Positions 40,858 through 50,565 are shown, counted from the first letter of the whole stretch. The stretch: DNA of 61,686 bases, filler included, from Deltaproteobacteria bacterium (GCA_030698575.1; 14 parts of 14 records of this genome joined end to end with filler, not necessarily neighbours in it); one strand, 5' to 3'. The notes: a model not told the origin generated them from the sequence alone. Numbers and translations: made by a program.

Positions 40858-41359
40858 TCAGCGCCCCTTGAAGCGCGGCTTCCGCCCCTCGAGGAAAGCC
40901 GCCTGCCCTTCCACGAGATCCTCGCTCGCAAAGCTGGCGGCAACGAGCCGCGCCCCCTCGGCCTCAATCTCCGCCGAGAGCGGCCGCTCAGCGACGCAAG
41001 CCGCGATCAGCCGCTTCATCCCTCTGAGCGCCATCGGCGCGTTCCCCGCGATGGCGTCGGCAAACTCGTTCACCGCGCCCTCGAGCTCCGGCCGCGGCAC
41101 CAGGCGATTGACCAGCCCGATCTCCAGCGCGTGCTCGGCCTTCACGGGCAGGGCGGTGAAGAACATCTCCTTGGTGGCAGCCACCCCGATCAGATCGATG
41201 AAGCGGCTCAGGCCCTTCGGCGAGTAGACGAGCCCCAGGCGCGCCGGCGGCATTCCGAAGGTCGCCTCGGGGACGGCCACCCGCAGATCACAAGCGGTTA
41301 TCAGCTCGCATCCCGCGCCCCAGGCGTGGCCGTTGATCATCGCGATGGTGGGAACCGGA
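40858..41359 (-). CDS. Enoyl-CoA hydratase/isomerase family, C-terminal part
   Basis: INGHAWGAGCEL..ACDLR, GLVNR, EGQAAFLEGRKP.FKG. Confidence 0.9.
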
Positions 41360-41499
41360 NNNNNNNNNNNNNNNNNNNNNNNNNNNNNNNNNNNNNNNNN
41401 NNNTTAATTAATTAANNNNNNNNNNNNNNNNNNNNNNNNNNNNNNNNNNNNNNNNNNNNAATAGCGTTATTATCGGGAAAAACAACCCCGCCGGAGGCG

Positions 41500-42354
41500 C
41501 TAGAGGGCTTTCAGCTGCTCACGCGCCTGGGAGGCCTCGGGAGAGTTCGGGTAGCGCTGGACCACGTCGTTCAGGAAAACCTTCGCCTCGGAGGGCCAGC
41601 CGAGCGCCTTGAAGGCAAGCCCCTGCTTCAGGAGGGAGGCCGGCAGGAACTTGCTTCGGGGGTAGTCGTGCCGCAGCTTGTCGAAGGTCAGGATGGCTTC
41701 TTCGTACCCCTTCTCGTCGCGGCTCGTCTCCGCCTCGCTGAACTGGGAGAGGCCCTTGTAGAAGTAGGCGTCCTCCAGCCGATCCGAGCGCGGGTTTTCC
41801 CTGGTGAAGGTGTCGAAGAAGGTTACCGACTCCCGGTAACGCCCCTCTTTGTAAGCGCGCATCGCACCGTCGAAGGAGTTCTGAGTGGAAAAGGGTGGCG
41901 AGATGCCCCCCGTGCTGCCGACGGGGCCCGGGTAGCTCGAGCCGGGCGGGGTGGACCCGTAGGGCGAGCCGGGGCCGCCGTCCATGGGCGGCGCGACGTT
42001 GCCCTCGACCTGTGAAAGGCGGTGGCTCAGGTCCTCGTCCACGCCGCCGAGCTGGGCCACCTTCCCCTCGAGGTTGCTCGTCCGGTTGTTGATGTCGGCG
42101 AGCTGTTCCCGAATCCCGCCGCCGCCCGAGGTCGGTCCCTGCAGTGAGCGGACCTGGCGACGGAGCTGGGACACCTCGTTCAGGAGATCGTTCTTTTCGG
42201 TGGTGGTCCAGCTGGCGCATCCCGAAAGCACGAGCGCTCCCCCGATGAGGGTCGCGAGGACCCCTGCCCTGCTCCGGGCGCCGGGGTGGCGCACCGGGGC
42301 GCCGGCCAGCGTCGGCGTCAGGTTTGGAATCAACATCGTCTGCTCTCCATGCAT
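41500..42354 (-). CDS. cpoB: Tol-Pal system protein CpoB/YbgF (start uncertain)
   Basis: LSGC lipobox, coiled coil, TPR domain (YP.S...SLLKQG, YPNSPEA); downstream of pal. Confidence 0.85.
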   Translation of the reverse strand: MHGEQTMLIPNLTPTLAGAPVRHPGARSRAGVLATLIGGALVLSGCASWTTTEKNDLLNEVSQLRRQVRSLQGPTSGGGGIREQLADINNRTSNLEGKVAQLGGVDEDLSHRLSQVEGNVAPPMDGGPGSPYGSTPPGSSYPGPVGSTGGISPPFSTQNSFDGAMRAYKEGRYRESVTFFDTFTRENPRSDRLEDAYFYKGLSQFSEAETSRDEKGYEEAILTFDKLRHDYPRSKFLPASLLKQGLAFKALGWPSEAKVFLNDVVQRYPNSPEASQAREQLKAL

Positions 42355-42443
42355 GACCCACCCTCCGAATTCCCGGGGCGCGCCAGTGCGCGCGCCGTCA
42401 GGTGCCATTCGGTGATAGACCGCCGCGGCGGATCGATCCCGCG

Positions 42444-42962
42444 CTACTCCGCGACGAACTCACCCCGCCGGTTCCGGGCATAGGCGGCCTCATCGTGCCC
42501 GGGATCCACCGGCCGCTCTTCTCCAAAGGTAATCGTGTTCAGGCGCGCGGGATTGACGCCCAGATTCACGAGGTAGTCCATTATCGCACGCGCGCGTCGA
42601 TCTCCCAGCGCCAGGTTGTACTCCTCCGACCCGCGCTCGTCGGTATGCCCCTGGATCTGAACGCGGACATCCGCGTACCGGCCGATGACGTCGGCGTTCT
42701 GCCGGAGCGTTCCCTGCGCGTCGGACCTGATGTCGGACGAGTCGTACTCGAAGTATACGGTCTGGAGCTGGCTCTGCGCCTCATTGATCGCCCCGGCGCG
42801 GGCGCCCGCACCGTCGTCGCCCCCCGTCACCTGCCCGCCCGAGCCGCTGACGCCGCCCTTGGGCCCCTTCTTCTTGCACCCGGTGGTCCCGAAAGCCGCC
42901 ATCGCCAGCACCAGCGTGCCCAGCACGATCCAGGTCGGCGCACCTCTTCTGCTTCTGTTCAT
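42444..42962 (-). CDS. pal: Peptidoglycan-associated lipoprotein
   Basis: TTGC lipobox, VYFEYD, GHTDERGSEEYNLALGDRRA, GEERP, NRR. Confidence 0.95.
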   Translation of the reverse strand: MNRSRRGAPTWIVLGTLVLAMAAFGTTGCKKKGPKGGVSGSGGQVTGGDDGAGARAGAINEAQSQLQTVYFEYDSSDIRSDAQGTLRQNADVIGRYADVRVQIQGHTDERGSEEYNLALGDRRARAIMDYLVNLGVNPARLNTITFGEERPVDPGHDEAAYARNRRGEFVAE

Positions 42963-43040
42963 ATGCCCCCCCCTCCATGTTCGCCCCCCGGCGAAGGACC
43001 CTGTAGCCGGCCCCGCTGCGCCGATCGGCGCCCCGGAGGC

Positions 43041-44301
43041 TCAGGGGATGTGTCCGGACCAGTCCGGCGCGGTCGCACCTGCGGGCGCGTCGATGATCCG
43101 TTTGAGATTCGATCCGTTCGCGTTGATCACGTAGATCGCGGTGGATGCGCCTCGTCCTTGCTGAAACGCGAGCTGCCGGCCGTTCGGCGCCCAGGTCGGG
43201 TACTCACAGTTGCCGCTCGAAGTGAGCTGCTGCACGTCCGACCCGTCCGGGCGCATCGTCATGATGTTGAAGCCTCCGCCCACCATCGCGGCATATGCGA
43301 TGCGATCACCGCGGGGCGTCCACTCGGGGTTGACGTTGTAGCCTCCCTGGAACGAGATCCGGCGCTGCCCTGAACCGTCGGGGTTCATGAGATAGATCTG
43401 CGGCGTTCCGGTACGGTCTGAAACGAACGCAATCTTGTTGCCGTCCGGGGCGTAAGAGGGCATGGAGTCGATGGCCGGGTTGTTCGTGAGCCGCGTCACC
43501 ATCCCGCCGTTCAGGCTGAGGCGCAGCACCTCCGTGTTGCCGCTGCCCACCCGGCCTGCCACCGCCAGTTCGTTCCCCCCCGGCGCCCAGCTCCCCTTGT
43601 AGATCACCGAGGAGGGCCGCACGGCTCCCGCGCCGCTCATGCCCCGCCCGATGGTGAACAGCGTGGGCTGCCCGTCCTTGAACGAGATGAAAGCGATGCG
43701 GTTGCCCCCCGGCGCCCACTGCGGAAGGTTGTTGATCGAGGCGTTGCGGGTGATCTGCCGGCGGTTCGAGCCGTCGAAATCGGCCACGAAGACCTCCTTG
43801 GCCCGCGACGTCGGCTTCCCGGCGTAGGTGATTTGGGTGTCGAAAACCCCCTCGTCGCCGGTAAAATACTTGAAGATTTCGTTGGCCACCTTGTGGGCCA
43901 TCTTGCGCGAATGCCGAGCACTGCCCCGGTAGCGCTTTCCCACCACGCGGCGCCCCTTGTAGACGTCGTAGATCCGCGCCTCGATGGCGATCCGCCCGCC
44001 CCCCTCGTCCACGATCTTGCCCTTGACCAACGCCTCCGCCCCCAGGACACGCCAGGTGTCGAAGTCGATACCGGCCGTCTGCCCCGGATCCTCCAGGAAC
44101 GAGTTCGGGTTCAGCGGCTGGAAGATGCCCGTGAAGTCCAGATCGCTCGAGACGACGCGGGCGATCTCACCGCCCGTTCCAGTGGTCCCCGCGCTGTCTC
44201 CCACGAAGGGCTGGATAGCGATCTTGAACTTGCGCTCGTAGGGGGTGACCTCCAGCCGTCGCTGCGCCGAAGCCTCGCGCGCCCAGCCGGCCAGAAGCAG
44301 C
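43041..44301 (-). CDS. tolB: Tol-Pal beta-propeller protein (5' truncated)
   Basis: DLDFTGIF, AHKVANEI, PD40 repeats (P.WAPGG..IAF, PSYAPDG.KIAFVSDR.G.PQIY). Confidence 0.93.
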
Positions 44302-44401
44302 NNNNNNNNNNNNNNNNNNNNNNNNNNNNNNNNNNNNNNNNNNNNTTAATTAATTAANNNNNNNNNNNNNNNNNNNNNNNNNNNNNNNNNNNNNNNNNNN
44401 N

Positions 44402-44845
44402 ATTACCGTAGCCGGGGACGCGGGGCAGCTCCGCCAGGTGGCCTGGAACCTGTTCCTCAACGCGCGAGACGCGATGAAGGGCTCGGGAAAGGTGAGAGTT
44501 TCCGCCCGGTCGGCGCCCGGGGAGGCTCAAGAATCAGGGACGGCCTCCCGAAGAGAAAACGGAGGGGGTACGCCCGGCTGGGTTGAACTTTGCTTCGAGG
44601 ACAGCGGGGCTGGAATCCCCGCTGAGGCCATCCACCGGATCTTCGAACCTTTCTTCACGACGAAGGAGCAGGGAACGGGGCTTGGACTTGCGACGGTTTA
44701 CCGGATAGTCGAGGCGCACGGCGGCAGCGTTCAGGTGAGAAGTGAGCCGCAGAAGGGCGCCCGGTTCAGCATCATGCTCCCCGCTACGGAGCCGCGAGGC
44801 CCGTACAGGGTGTCGGCCAAGAGGTCGACCAATGGGTCAATGTGA
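44402..44845 (+). CDS. pilS: Sensor histidine kinase, HATPase C-terminus (PilS-like)
   Basis: QLRQVAWNLFLNA.DAM, DSGAGI, IFEPFFTTK..GTGLGL; upstream of pilR. Confidence 0.8.
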   Translation: MTVAGDAGQLRQVAWNLFLNARDAMKGSGKVRVSARSAPGEAQESGTASRRENGGGTPGWVELCFEDSGAGIPAEAIHRIFEPFFTTKEQGTGLGLATVYRIVEAHGGSVQVRSEPQKGARFSIMLPATEPRGPYRVSAKRSTNGSM

Positions 44846-44875
44846 CAGGGAGCTACCTCAGGGGGGAGAGGGCCG

Positions 44876-46258
44876 ATGAGCAAGATTCTCGTCGTGGACG
44901 ACGAATTGAGCATGAGAGAGTTTCTCGAAATCATGCTCAAGAAGGCGGGTTACGACGTTGAGACCGTGGAGGATCCGAATGAGGCGATCCTGCGCGTCGA
45001 CAGCGAAAATTACGACCTGGTCATCACTGATGTCCTCATGCCCAGAATGGACGGCGTCGAACTCCTCCGGAAGATCAAGGAAATCTCTCCCGAAACCACC
45101 GTGCTCATGATGACCGCCTACGCCGCCACCGAGACGGCCGTTCAGGCGATGAAGGAAGGGGCCTACGACTACATCACCAAGCCCTTCAAGGTCGACGAGA
45201 TCCAGCTCATCATCGAGAAAGCCCTCGAGAAGAAGCGCCTCTTCCAGGAGAACGTCATCCTGAAGCAGGAGCTGAAGATCCGGTACAACTTCGGTAACCT
45301 GATCGGCTCCAGCGCGGAGATGCTCAAGGTCTACGACCTCATACAGCGCGTCACCGAGACGAAGGCGAACATCCTCATCACAGGAGAAAGCGGCACGGGA
45401 AAGGAGCTGGTTGCGAAGGCGATTCATCACAATTCGGCCCGTCGCGATCGCCCCTTTGTCACGGTCAACTGCGGCGCCATTCCCGAGAACCTCCTCGAGA
45501 GCGAGCTGTTCGGCCACGTGAAGGGGTCTTTCACAGGGGCCGTCTCCAACAAGATGGGGCTGTTCGAGCTGGCCGACCGCGGCACGATCTTCCTCGACGA
45601 AGTCGGGGAACTCACCCTGACCCTCCAGGTGAAGCTTCTCAGGGTGATACAGGAGAAGACCTTCAAGCGGGTCGGGGGGACCGAGGAACAACACGTGGAC
45701 GTGCGCGTCATCACGGCCACCAACCGGGACCTCGAGGAGGAGGTTTCGCGGGCGAGGTTCCGCGAGGATCTCTACTACCGTTTGAACGTCATCCAGATAA
45801 AGCTTCCCCCCTTGCGCCGCCGCATCGAAGACATCCCCGTTCTCGCCCAGCACTTCGTCGAGAAGTATTCCCTGGAGCTCGGAAAGGAGGTCGTCAAGAT
45901 CTCCAAGGAGGCCATGGATGTCCTGATTCGGTACCACTATCCGGGGAATGTCCGGGAGCTGGAAAACATCATCGAGCGTTCGGTTGCTCTCGAAACCTCG
46001 AGCATCATCCTTCCCGAAACGCTGCCGCCCGTCGTTCACAAACGGGAGCGTGATCTGGTCTCCTTCGAGGAAGTAAACATACCGCCCGAGGGGCTCCCCA
46101 TCGAGAAGGTGGTCGAGGACCTGGAGCGGCGGCTGTTGATGAGCGCTCTCCGGAAAGCCGGAGGTGTGAAGAAACGCGCCGCAAAGATTCTCCACCTGAG
46201 CTTCCGCTCCTTCCGATATCGCCTGGAGAAATACGGGATCGAACTGGGCGATTCCTGA
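44876..46258 (+). CDS. pilR: sigma54-dependent response regulator (PilR/NtrC family)
   Basis: Receiver + GESGTGKE, GSFTGA, FLDEVGEL, FREDLYYRLNV, HTH SFRSFRYRL; upstream of pilins. Confidence 0.9.
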   Translation: MSKILVVDDELSMREFLEIMLKKAGYDVETVEDPNEAILRVDSENYDLVITDVLMPRMDGVELLRKIKEISPETTVLMMTAYAATETAVQAMKEGAYDYITKPFKVDEIQLIIEKALEKKRLFQENVILKQELKIRYNFGNLIGSSAEMLKVYDLIQRVTETKANILITGESGTGKELVAKAIHHNSARRDRPFVTVNCGAIPENLLESELFGHVKGSFTGAVSNKMGLFELADRGTIFLDEVGELTLTLQVKLLRVIQEKTFKRVGGTEEQHVDVRVITATNRDLEEEVSRARFREDLYYRLNVIQIKLPPLRRRIEDIPVLAQHFVEKYSLELGKEVVKISKEAMDVLIRYHYPGNVRELENIIERSVALETSSIILPETLPPVVHKRERDLVSFEEVNIPPEGLPIEKVVEDLERRLLMSALRKAGGVKKRAAKILHLSFRSFRYRLEKYGIELGDS

Positions 46259-46639
46259 TTTCCATGCTGATGAACGCCAAGTCGTCATCTCTCGAGGAGT
46301 CCGGCAGCCACCGGCGCGCGACCTTCTGGCTGTGCCTCCTCTCCATGCTTCTCAGCCTCCGGGCGTACGTCACCGCGAGAGAACCTGGCAGCGGTAGCCC
46401 CCCTGCGGGCCTCTGGGCGCAGTTCGGCCTCCCGGCCCACGGTCGGCAAGGATTCAACCCGAGCTACCCCGGCGGATCCCTGGCCGCGACACTACTCACC
46501 GTCGGCCCTGTCCTCCCATCTTACAGGGAAGTTCATTCTCTAGGCCCGTCGACCTGGCGGCCGAGTTCGAAGCGGCGTCGTCGAGGATTGCGCCCGGAAG
46601 CGACGACGGCTGGATTGGCTCGGGTCGTCCCGGGCGCGA

Positions 46640-46894
46640 TTGGGGCAGAAGCTGGAGGCCATCGTGCCCCTGCAGCGGGCGGGGGCGCTGAACCCTGCTT
46701 CAAAAAACCCCTATTTCGGGCTCGGCCTTCTCCAGGAGGAACTCGGCGCGGTTGAGGAGGCGGCTGACGCGTTCCGTACCTTTCTTGCTGCGGGAGAGGG
46801 GCCACCGCGCCAGCGGCGCATCGCCGAGAAACGACTTCGGGAGCTCGATGAACGATTTCGTAACTGCAGCGCGTCTGCGGAGGCTGGCACATAA
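46640..46894 (+). pseudogene. TPR-repeat gene fragment
   Basis: EAIVPLQRAGALNP..KNPYFGLG TPR pattern without a convincing start. Confidence 0.45.
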
Positions 46895-46900
46895 CTTGCA
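46885..46900 (+). promoter_or_regulatory. sigma54 -24/-12 promoter for first pilin
   Basis: TGGCAC-ATAAC-TTGCA. Confidence 0.85.
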
Positions 46901-46992
46901 TTCCAAGTTCAGTACTGCCGTTGTTCAGAGTAACTTCGGCGAATCCCGCCGCCGTCGCGGCGGGTCCCGGAGAGGATCAGCGAGGGGATCCC

Positions 46993-47424
46993 ATGGCCTT
47001 CAAGGTGCGCAAAGCGGGGCAAGCCGGAACGCTTCCCGGGGACGGGGGCTTTACGCTGATCGAACTGGTCGTTGTCGTTGCGATCCTGGCGATCCTGGCG
47101 GCCATCATGATTCCCATGGTCTTCGGCTTTGCGGCGAAAGCCAAGCAGAGCGAGGCCAAGGAGCTGCTGGCCACCATCTACACCGCGGAACAGGCGTACT
47201 TCGGGGAGAATAATCAATACGGGACACTGAGCAACGTGGGGTTCACACCCTCCGCCTCGCCCAAGTACTACAGCAACATCAGCATCAACTTCACCTACAC
47301 GGGGGCAGTTTCGTTCACCGGAAGCTGCAGCGCCAACCTTGACGGCGACACCACGATGGACATCTGGGAAGTCACGAACGCTTCCCGGAACCCTACGAAT
47401 ACTTCCAACGACATCAAGGGCTAG
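46993..47424 (+). CDS. Type IV pilin, paralog 1
   Basis: GG|FTLIELVVVVAILAILAA prepilin site; paralog of 47826-48227. Confidence 0.92.
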   Translation: MAFKVRKAGQAGTLPGDGGFTLIELVVVVAILAILAAIMIPMVFGFAAKAKQSEAKELLATIYTAEQAYFGENNQYGTLSNVGFTPSASPKYYSNISINFTYTGAVSFTGSCSANLDGDTTMDIWEVTNASRNPTNTSNDIKG

Positions 47425-47464
47425 GTCGGGGCGCGCCGGGAGACGCGGCGCCTTCCGGGTGCCG

Positions 47465-47489
47465 AAATGGGTCAGAAAGTGACCCATTT
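47465..47489. promoter_or_regulatory. Perfect palindrome: PilR enhancer site or terminator of pilin 1
   Basis: AAATGGGTCA-GAAAG-TGACCCATTT, about 145 nt upstream of the second sigma54 site. Confidence 0.5.
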
Positions 47490-47632
47490 TGTCCTTTCGG
47501 CGGGGCTGCGCCGGCTCGCCTGGGGAGGCGCGTTCCGGATTGGCGGCTGGCGGCGGTGGCGGTTCGCTGCAACTAATTGGAAACAGAAAGGAATTTTTTT
47601 TGAAGGTGGAGCAACAGAGCTGGCGCGGCGCT

Positions 47633-47648
47633 TGGCACGGCGGTTGCA
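47633..47648 (+). promoter_or_regulatory. sigma54 -24/-12 promoter for second pilin
   Basis: TGGCAC-GGCGG-TTGCA. Confidence 0.88.
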
Positions 47649-47825
47649 TTACCCGCTGCATGACCGACCTCTTCGCAGCGAAGGGGCGGGTGAGAGGAAG
47701 CAAATGCTGGGCTGGTCTTGCCGGCCGCGCACAAGGCTTCCGGAACAAACCGGGCGGATCCAGAGGACAGCCGGCAAGGCCGCAGCAAGCAGGATCGCCC
47801 CAATTCTTCAATAGGAGAGGTTGAG

Positions 47826-48227
47826 ATGATCAGGAATCTGCGCAACAGGAAGGGCTTTACGCTCATCGAACTCATGATCGTGGTGGCCATCATCGGCATC
47901 TTGGCGGCGATCGCGATCCCGAACTTCCTCCGCTTCCAGGCCAAGTCGAAGCAGAGTGAGGCGAAGGAGCTCCTGTCTACCGTCTACACGGCTCAGCAGG
48001 CCTACTTCGCGGAACAGAACACGTATGGGACGCTTTCCAACGCCGGCTTCACCCCCAGCGCGACCCCGAAGTATTACTCGAACATCGCTGCGCAATTCAC
48101 GTACGCGGCCACTACGTTCACGGGGACGTGCAGCGCCAATATCGATGGCGACGCTACGACGGACATCTGGGAAGTGCATGAGACTTCGAGGGAGCCCGTG
48201 AACACCACCAACGACGTGAGCACCTAG
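47826..48227 (+). CDS. pilA: Type IVa major pilin
   Basis: [37 protein letters not shown]. Confidence 0.95.
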   Translation: MIRNLRNRKGFTLIELMIVVAIIGILAAIAIPNFLRFQAKSKQSEAKELLSTVYTAQQAYFAEQNTYGTLSNAGFTPSATPKYYSNIAAQFTYAATTFTGTCSANIDGDATTDIWEVHETSREPVNTTNDVST

Positions 48228-48366
48228 TACCTGATTTGCCCCTGCGGGGCAGACCGGGTGGTGCTGNNNNNNNNNNNNNNNNNNNNNNNNNNNNNNNNNN
48301 NNNNNNNNNNTTAATTAATTAANNNNNNNNNNNNNNNNNNNNNNNNNNNNNNNNNNNNNNNNNNNN

Positions 48367-48633
48367 GGCCTCAACCGTCGGTGTTCCCTCAACCACCTTC
48401 GCCAGGCTCGTCAGCACCTGTGGATAGATGTCGCGGCTATAGTTGTCCGCGTCCTCTCGCCGATCCCACAGACTGATCGCAACCGCTTCGGAGCGGTCCG
48501 CGGCAACGAACGAAATCTCGTCCTTGAAACCGTTCTGCTTCCGCAGCAGGGGCAGGACGTCCCTCTCGAGCGTCTGGGTAAACTCACCGGCCGTGTTGGC
48601 CTTCAGATGCATGGACACATTGCGTGCGTACAT
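48367..48633 (-). CDS. ABM-like dimeric alpha-beta barrel protein (3' truncated)
   Basis: MYARNV, VLPLLRKQNGF, AISLWD..EDA..Y; AAGGAG RBS. Confidence 0.75.
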
Positions 48634-48692
48634 ATCGACTCCTTGGCTACTCCGACGTGAACCTACGTGACCACTACGTGTGCCTGTGCGTG

Positions 48693-48779
48693 TTACAGCC
48701 TCTCTCCGCTCAGTACATCCCGCCCATGCCACGCCCCCGAGCGGGCCTCTGTATTGAATTCGAGGTACTTGGCAGCCAT
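48693..48779 (-). pseudogene. groEL: groEL N-terminal remnant (28 aa)
   Basis: AGGAAGGAG RBS then MAAKYLEFNTEARSGAWHGRDVLSGERL*; matches GroEL start MAAK...F..EAR. Confidence 0.7.
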
Positions 48780-48794
48780 CTACTCCTTCCTCGC

Positions 48795-48857
48795 TCAGCT
48801 GAGCTTCGCGATGACGTCGGATTCCTTGATCAGGATGATCTCTTCCTCCCCGTGCCA
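48795..48857 (-). pseudogene. groES: groES C-terminal remnant
   Basis: WHGEEEIILIKESDVIAKLS* resembles GroES end (GEEYLI..ESDILA); no in-frame start; directly before groEL remnant. Confidence 0.7.
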
Positions 48858-48874
48858 TTGGCTGACAGCGGATC

Positions 48875-48937
48875 CTAGTTAACTAGTGGAAGTTTCAGAT
48901 CTGTGAGTGTATATTCATGTACTTAACTTGTCAAGTA
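48875..48937 (-). promoter_or_regulatory. Leftward sigma70 promoter with bipartite operator
   Basis: Minus-strand TTGACA (48934-48929)-17 nt-TACACT (48911-48906); box ATGTACTTAACTTGTCAAGTA (48917-48937) and palindrome CTAGTTAACTAG (48875-48886). Confidence 0.78.
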
Positions 48938-49018
48938 CACCAATCGATTTACCCAGTCTTTGTCCCAATGGTTCACCTATTACGGTTAATGACCCAAGTC
49001 GGCCCGAGGAGGAATCCC

Positions 49019-49876
49019 GTGGATGTCCCATTTGTGATCCGGCACCGGCTGGAGGAATTGGGGTTGGAGCAGCAGGATCTCGCCCGCGCCGCCCGCGTGA
49101 CCGACTCCTACATCTCGCAATTACTCACTCGGAAGAAGGCGCCCCCCGCACCGAGCCGCACCGCCATCTATGCCCGAATCGACAAGTTCTTGAAGCTTCC
49201 GAGCGGGGAGCTGGCGAAGCTGGCGGAGTTACAGCGCAAGGAAGAATTGAAGCGGGAATTGGGGGAGGCACCCGTGCCCCTGTATCACGAGTTTCGTGCG
49301 TTGATCCTGCGCAAGTGCAATCGTGAGACGGAAAAACACGTCCGCGCGATCTTTGAACAGCAGCCCTTCGGCGAGCTCGAACGCCTAGTCACCCAGAAGC
49401 TGCTGGATGTGGTCAAGCGCGTGGCGAAAGACGAACTCGACAATGACTACTGGCTCCGCATGGTGGCCCAAGTCAGCGGCCGCAGCTATGAGGAGATGCG
49501 GGTCATCGTGCTCGAGTTCCTCGACACGGACATCTTCCACGTGTCCGCTGAGAACTGCGTCTCGTTCTTAGATCCGCTGATCGAATCCTGGGACATCGAC
49601 CTCGCGACGTTTGGTCTGGAGATTGTCTTAAACCACAGCGTCGTCCCAGGGCAGGCGAAGCGATTCGAGTTTGTCGAGCGGGAAGCCGAACCGCCCGTCA
49701 GCGAAGAACCGGGGCTCCAGGAATTCCTGCAGGATCCTTCCCTCAGCGGCACCGCAACCGCCGAGGAAGTTGAGTTTCTCAAGGGGCTGACGTTCAACCA
49801 CAAGCGACCGACGCCCCTCTATTACTACCGGGAGTTACAGAACTTCAGAGACCCGCTCCATTTTCGCACCCCGTGA
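49019..49876 (+). CDS. XRE-family HTH regulator with uncharacterised C-terminal domain (285 aa)
   Basis: GAGGAGG RBS + GTG; IRHRLEELGLEQQDLARAARVTDSYISQLL HTH. Confidence 0.85.
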   Translation: MDVPFVIRHRLEELGLEQQDLARAARVTDSYISQLLTRKKAPPAPSRTAIYARIDKFLKLPSGELAKLAELQRKEELKRELGEAPVPLYHEFRALILRKCNRETEKHVRAIFEQQPFGELERLVTQKLLDVVKRVAKDELDNDYWLRMVAQVSGRSYEEMRVIVLEFLDTDIFHVSAENCVSFLDPLIESWDIDLATFGLEIVLNHSVVPGQAKRFEFVEREAEPPVSEEPGLQEFLQDPSLSGTATAEEVEFLKGLTFNHKRPTPLYYYRELQNFRDPLHFRTP

Positions 49877-49886
49877 GAGTCTTCGG

Positions 49887-49994
49887 CTAGTTAACTTGAC
49901 CAGGTCAACTAATACCCGTTGCAGCCGATATTACTTGACAAGTTAAGTACATTACAGCAGGTTGGAGTGGTTAGGACTGCGAATAGTTAACTAG
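49887..49994 (+). promoter_or_regulatory. Operator/promoter region of hsp20
   Basis: CTAGTTAACTTGACCAGGTCAACTAA (49887-49912), TACTTGACAAGTTAAGTACAT (49932-49952, contains TTGACA), TAGTTAACTAG (49984-49994) abutting the RBS. Confidence 0.78.
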
Positions 49995-50008
49995 AAAGGA
50001 GCCACGAT

Positions 50009-50485
50009 ATGTTTGTTACCCAGAGGGACCCGATGCTGGACTTGCTGCATCAGCTGGAGCACCGGATGGGCCGGAGCTTCAACGGCGAGCTGTTACGCGC
50101 GTCCGAGTGGCCGGTACCCGAGGCCGCGACGACCGCCTGGCTGCCGCTGGTGGACATCTTCGAGGAGCCCGATGTCATCCGCCTGGTGGCGGAGGTACCC
50201 GGGGTGAAGCCCGAGGACGTGAAGATTTCGGTAGAGGGCAACCTGCTGACGATCGCGGGCACGAAGGAGCAGGTGGCGGAGGAGAAGGCCGAGAAGGTCC
50301 ATCGCTATGAGCGGACCTACGGCGCCTTCGAGCGGACGTTCAGGCTGTCGGCCTCGATCGATCCCAACAAGATCAAGGCGACTTACGACCTCGGGGTGCT
50401 GACGATCGCGCTGCCGAAGGCGGAGACGGCCAAGCCCCGTCTGATCGAGGTGGCAGTGACGCCACAGAAGGCGTTGAACGCCTGA
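50009..50485 (+). CDS. Hsp20/alpha-crystallin small heat-shock protein
   Basis: W.PLVDIFE, AEVPGVKPEDVKI, ERTYGAFERTF.L, A.Y..GVLTI.LPK. Confidence 0.95.
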   Translation: MFVTQRDPMLDLLHQLEHRMGRSFNGELLRASEWPVPEAATTAWLPLVDIFEEPDVIRLVAEVPGVKPEDVKISVEGNLLTIAGTKEQVAEEKAEKVHRYERTYGAFERTFRLSASIDPNKIKATYDLGVLTIALPKAETAKPRLIEVAVTPQKALNA

Positions 50486-50565
50486 CCTCACGCGGAGGGA
50501 GAGGGCGCGGCCCGGTTGGTCGCCCCCTTTCTCGTCCGAGGGGGGGGGCTACAGCCCCGGGACCC

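Noticed and set aside
47700-47790. Possible c-di-GMP/cGAMP (GEMM) riboswitch before pilA
   Set aside because: Lacks recognisable GGCAAA/GAAA P1 and GACGCAAA/CTAA consensus; kept only as a structured leader
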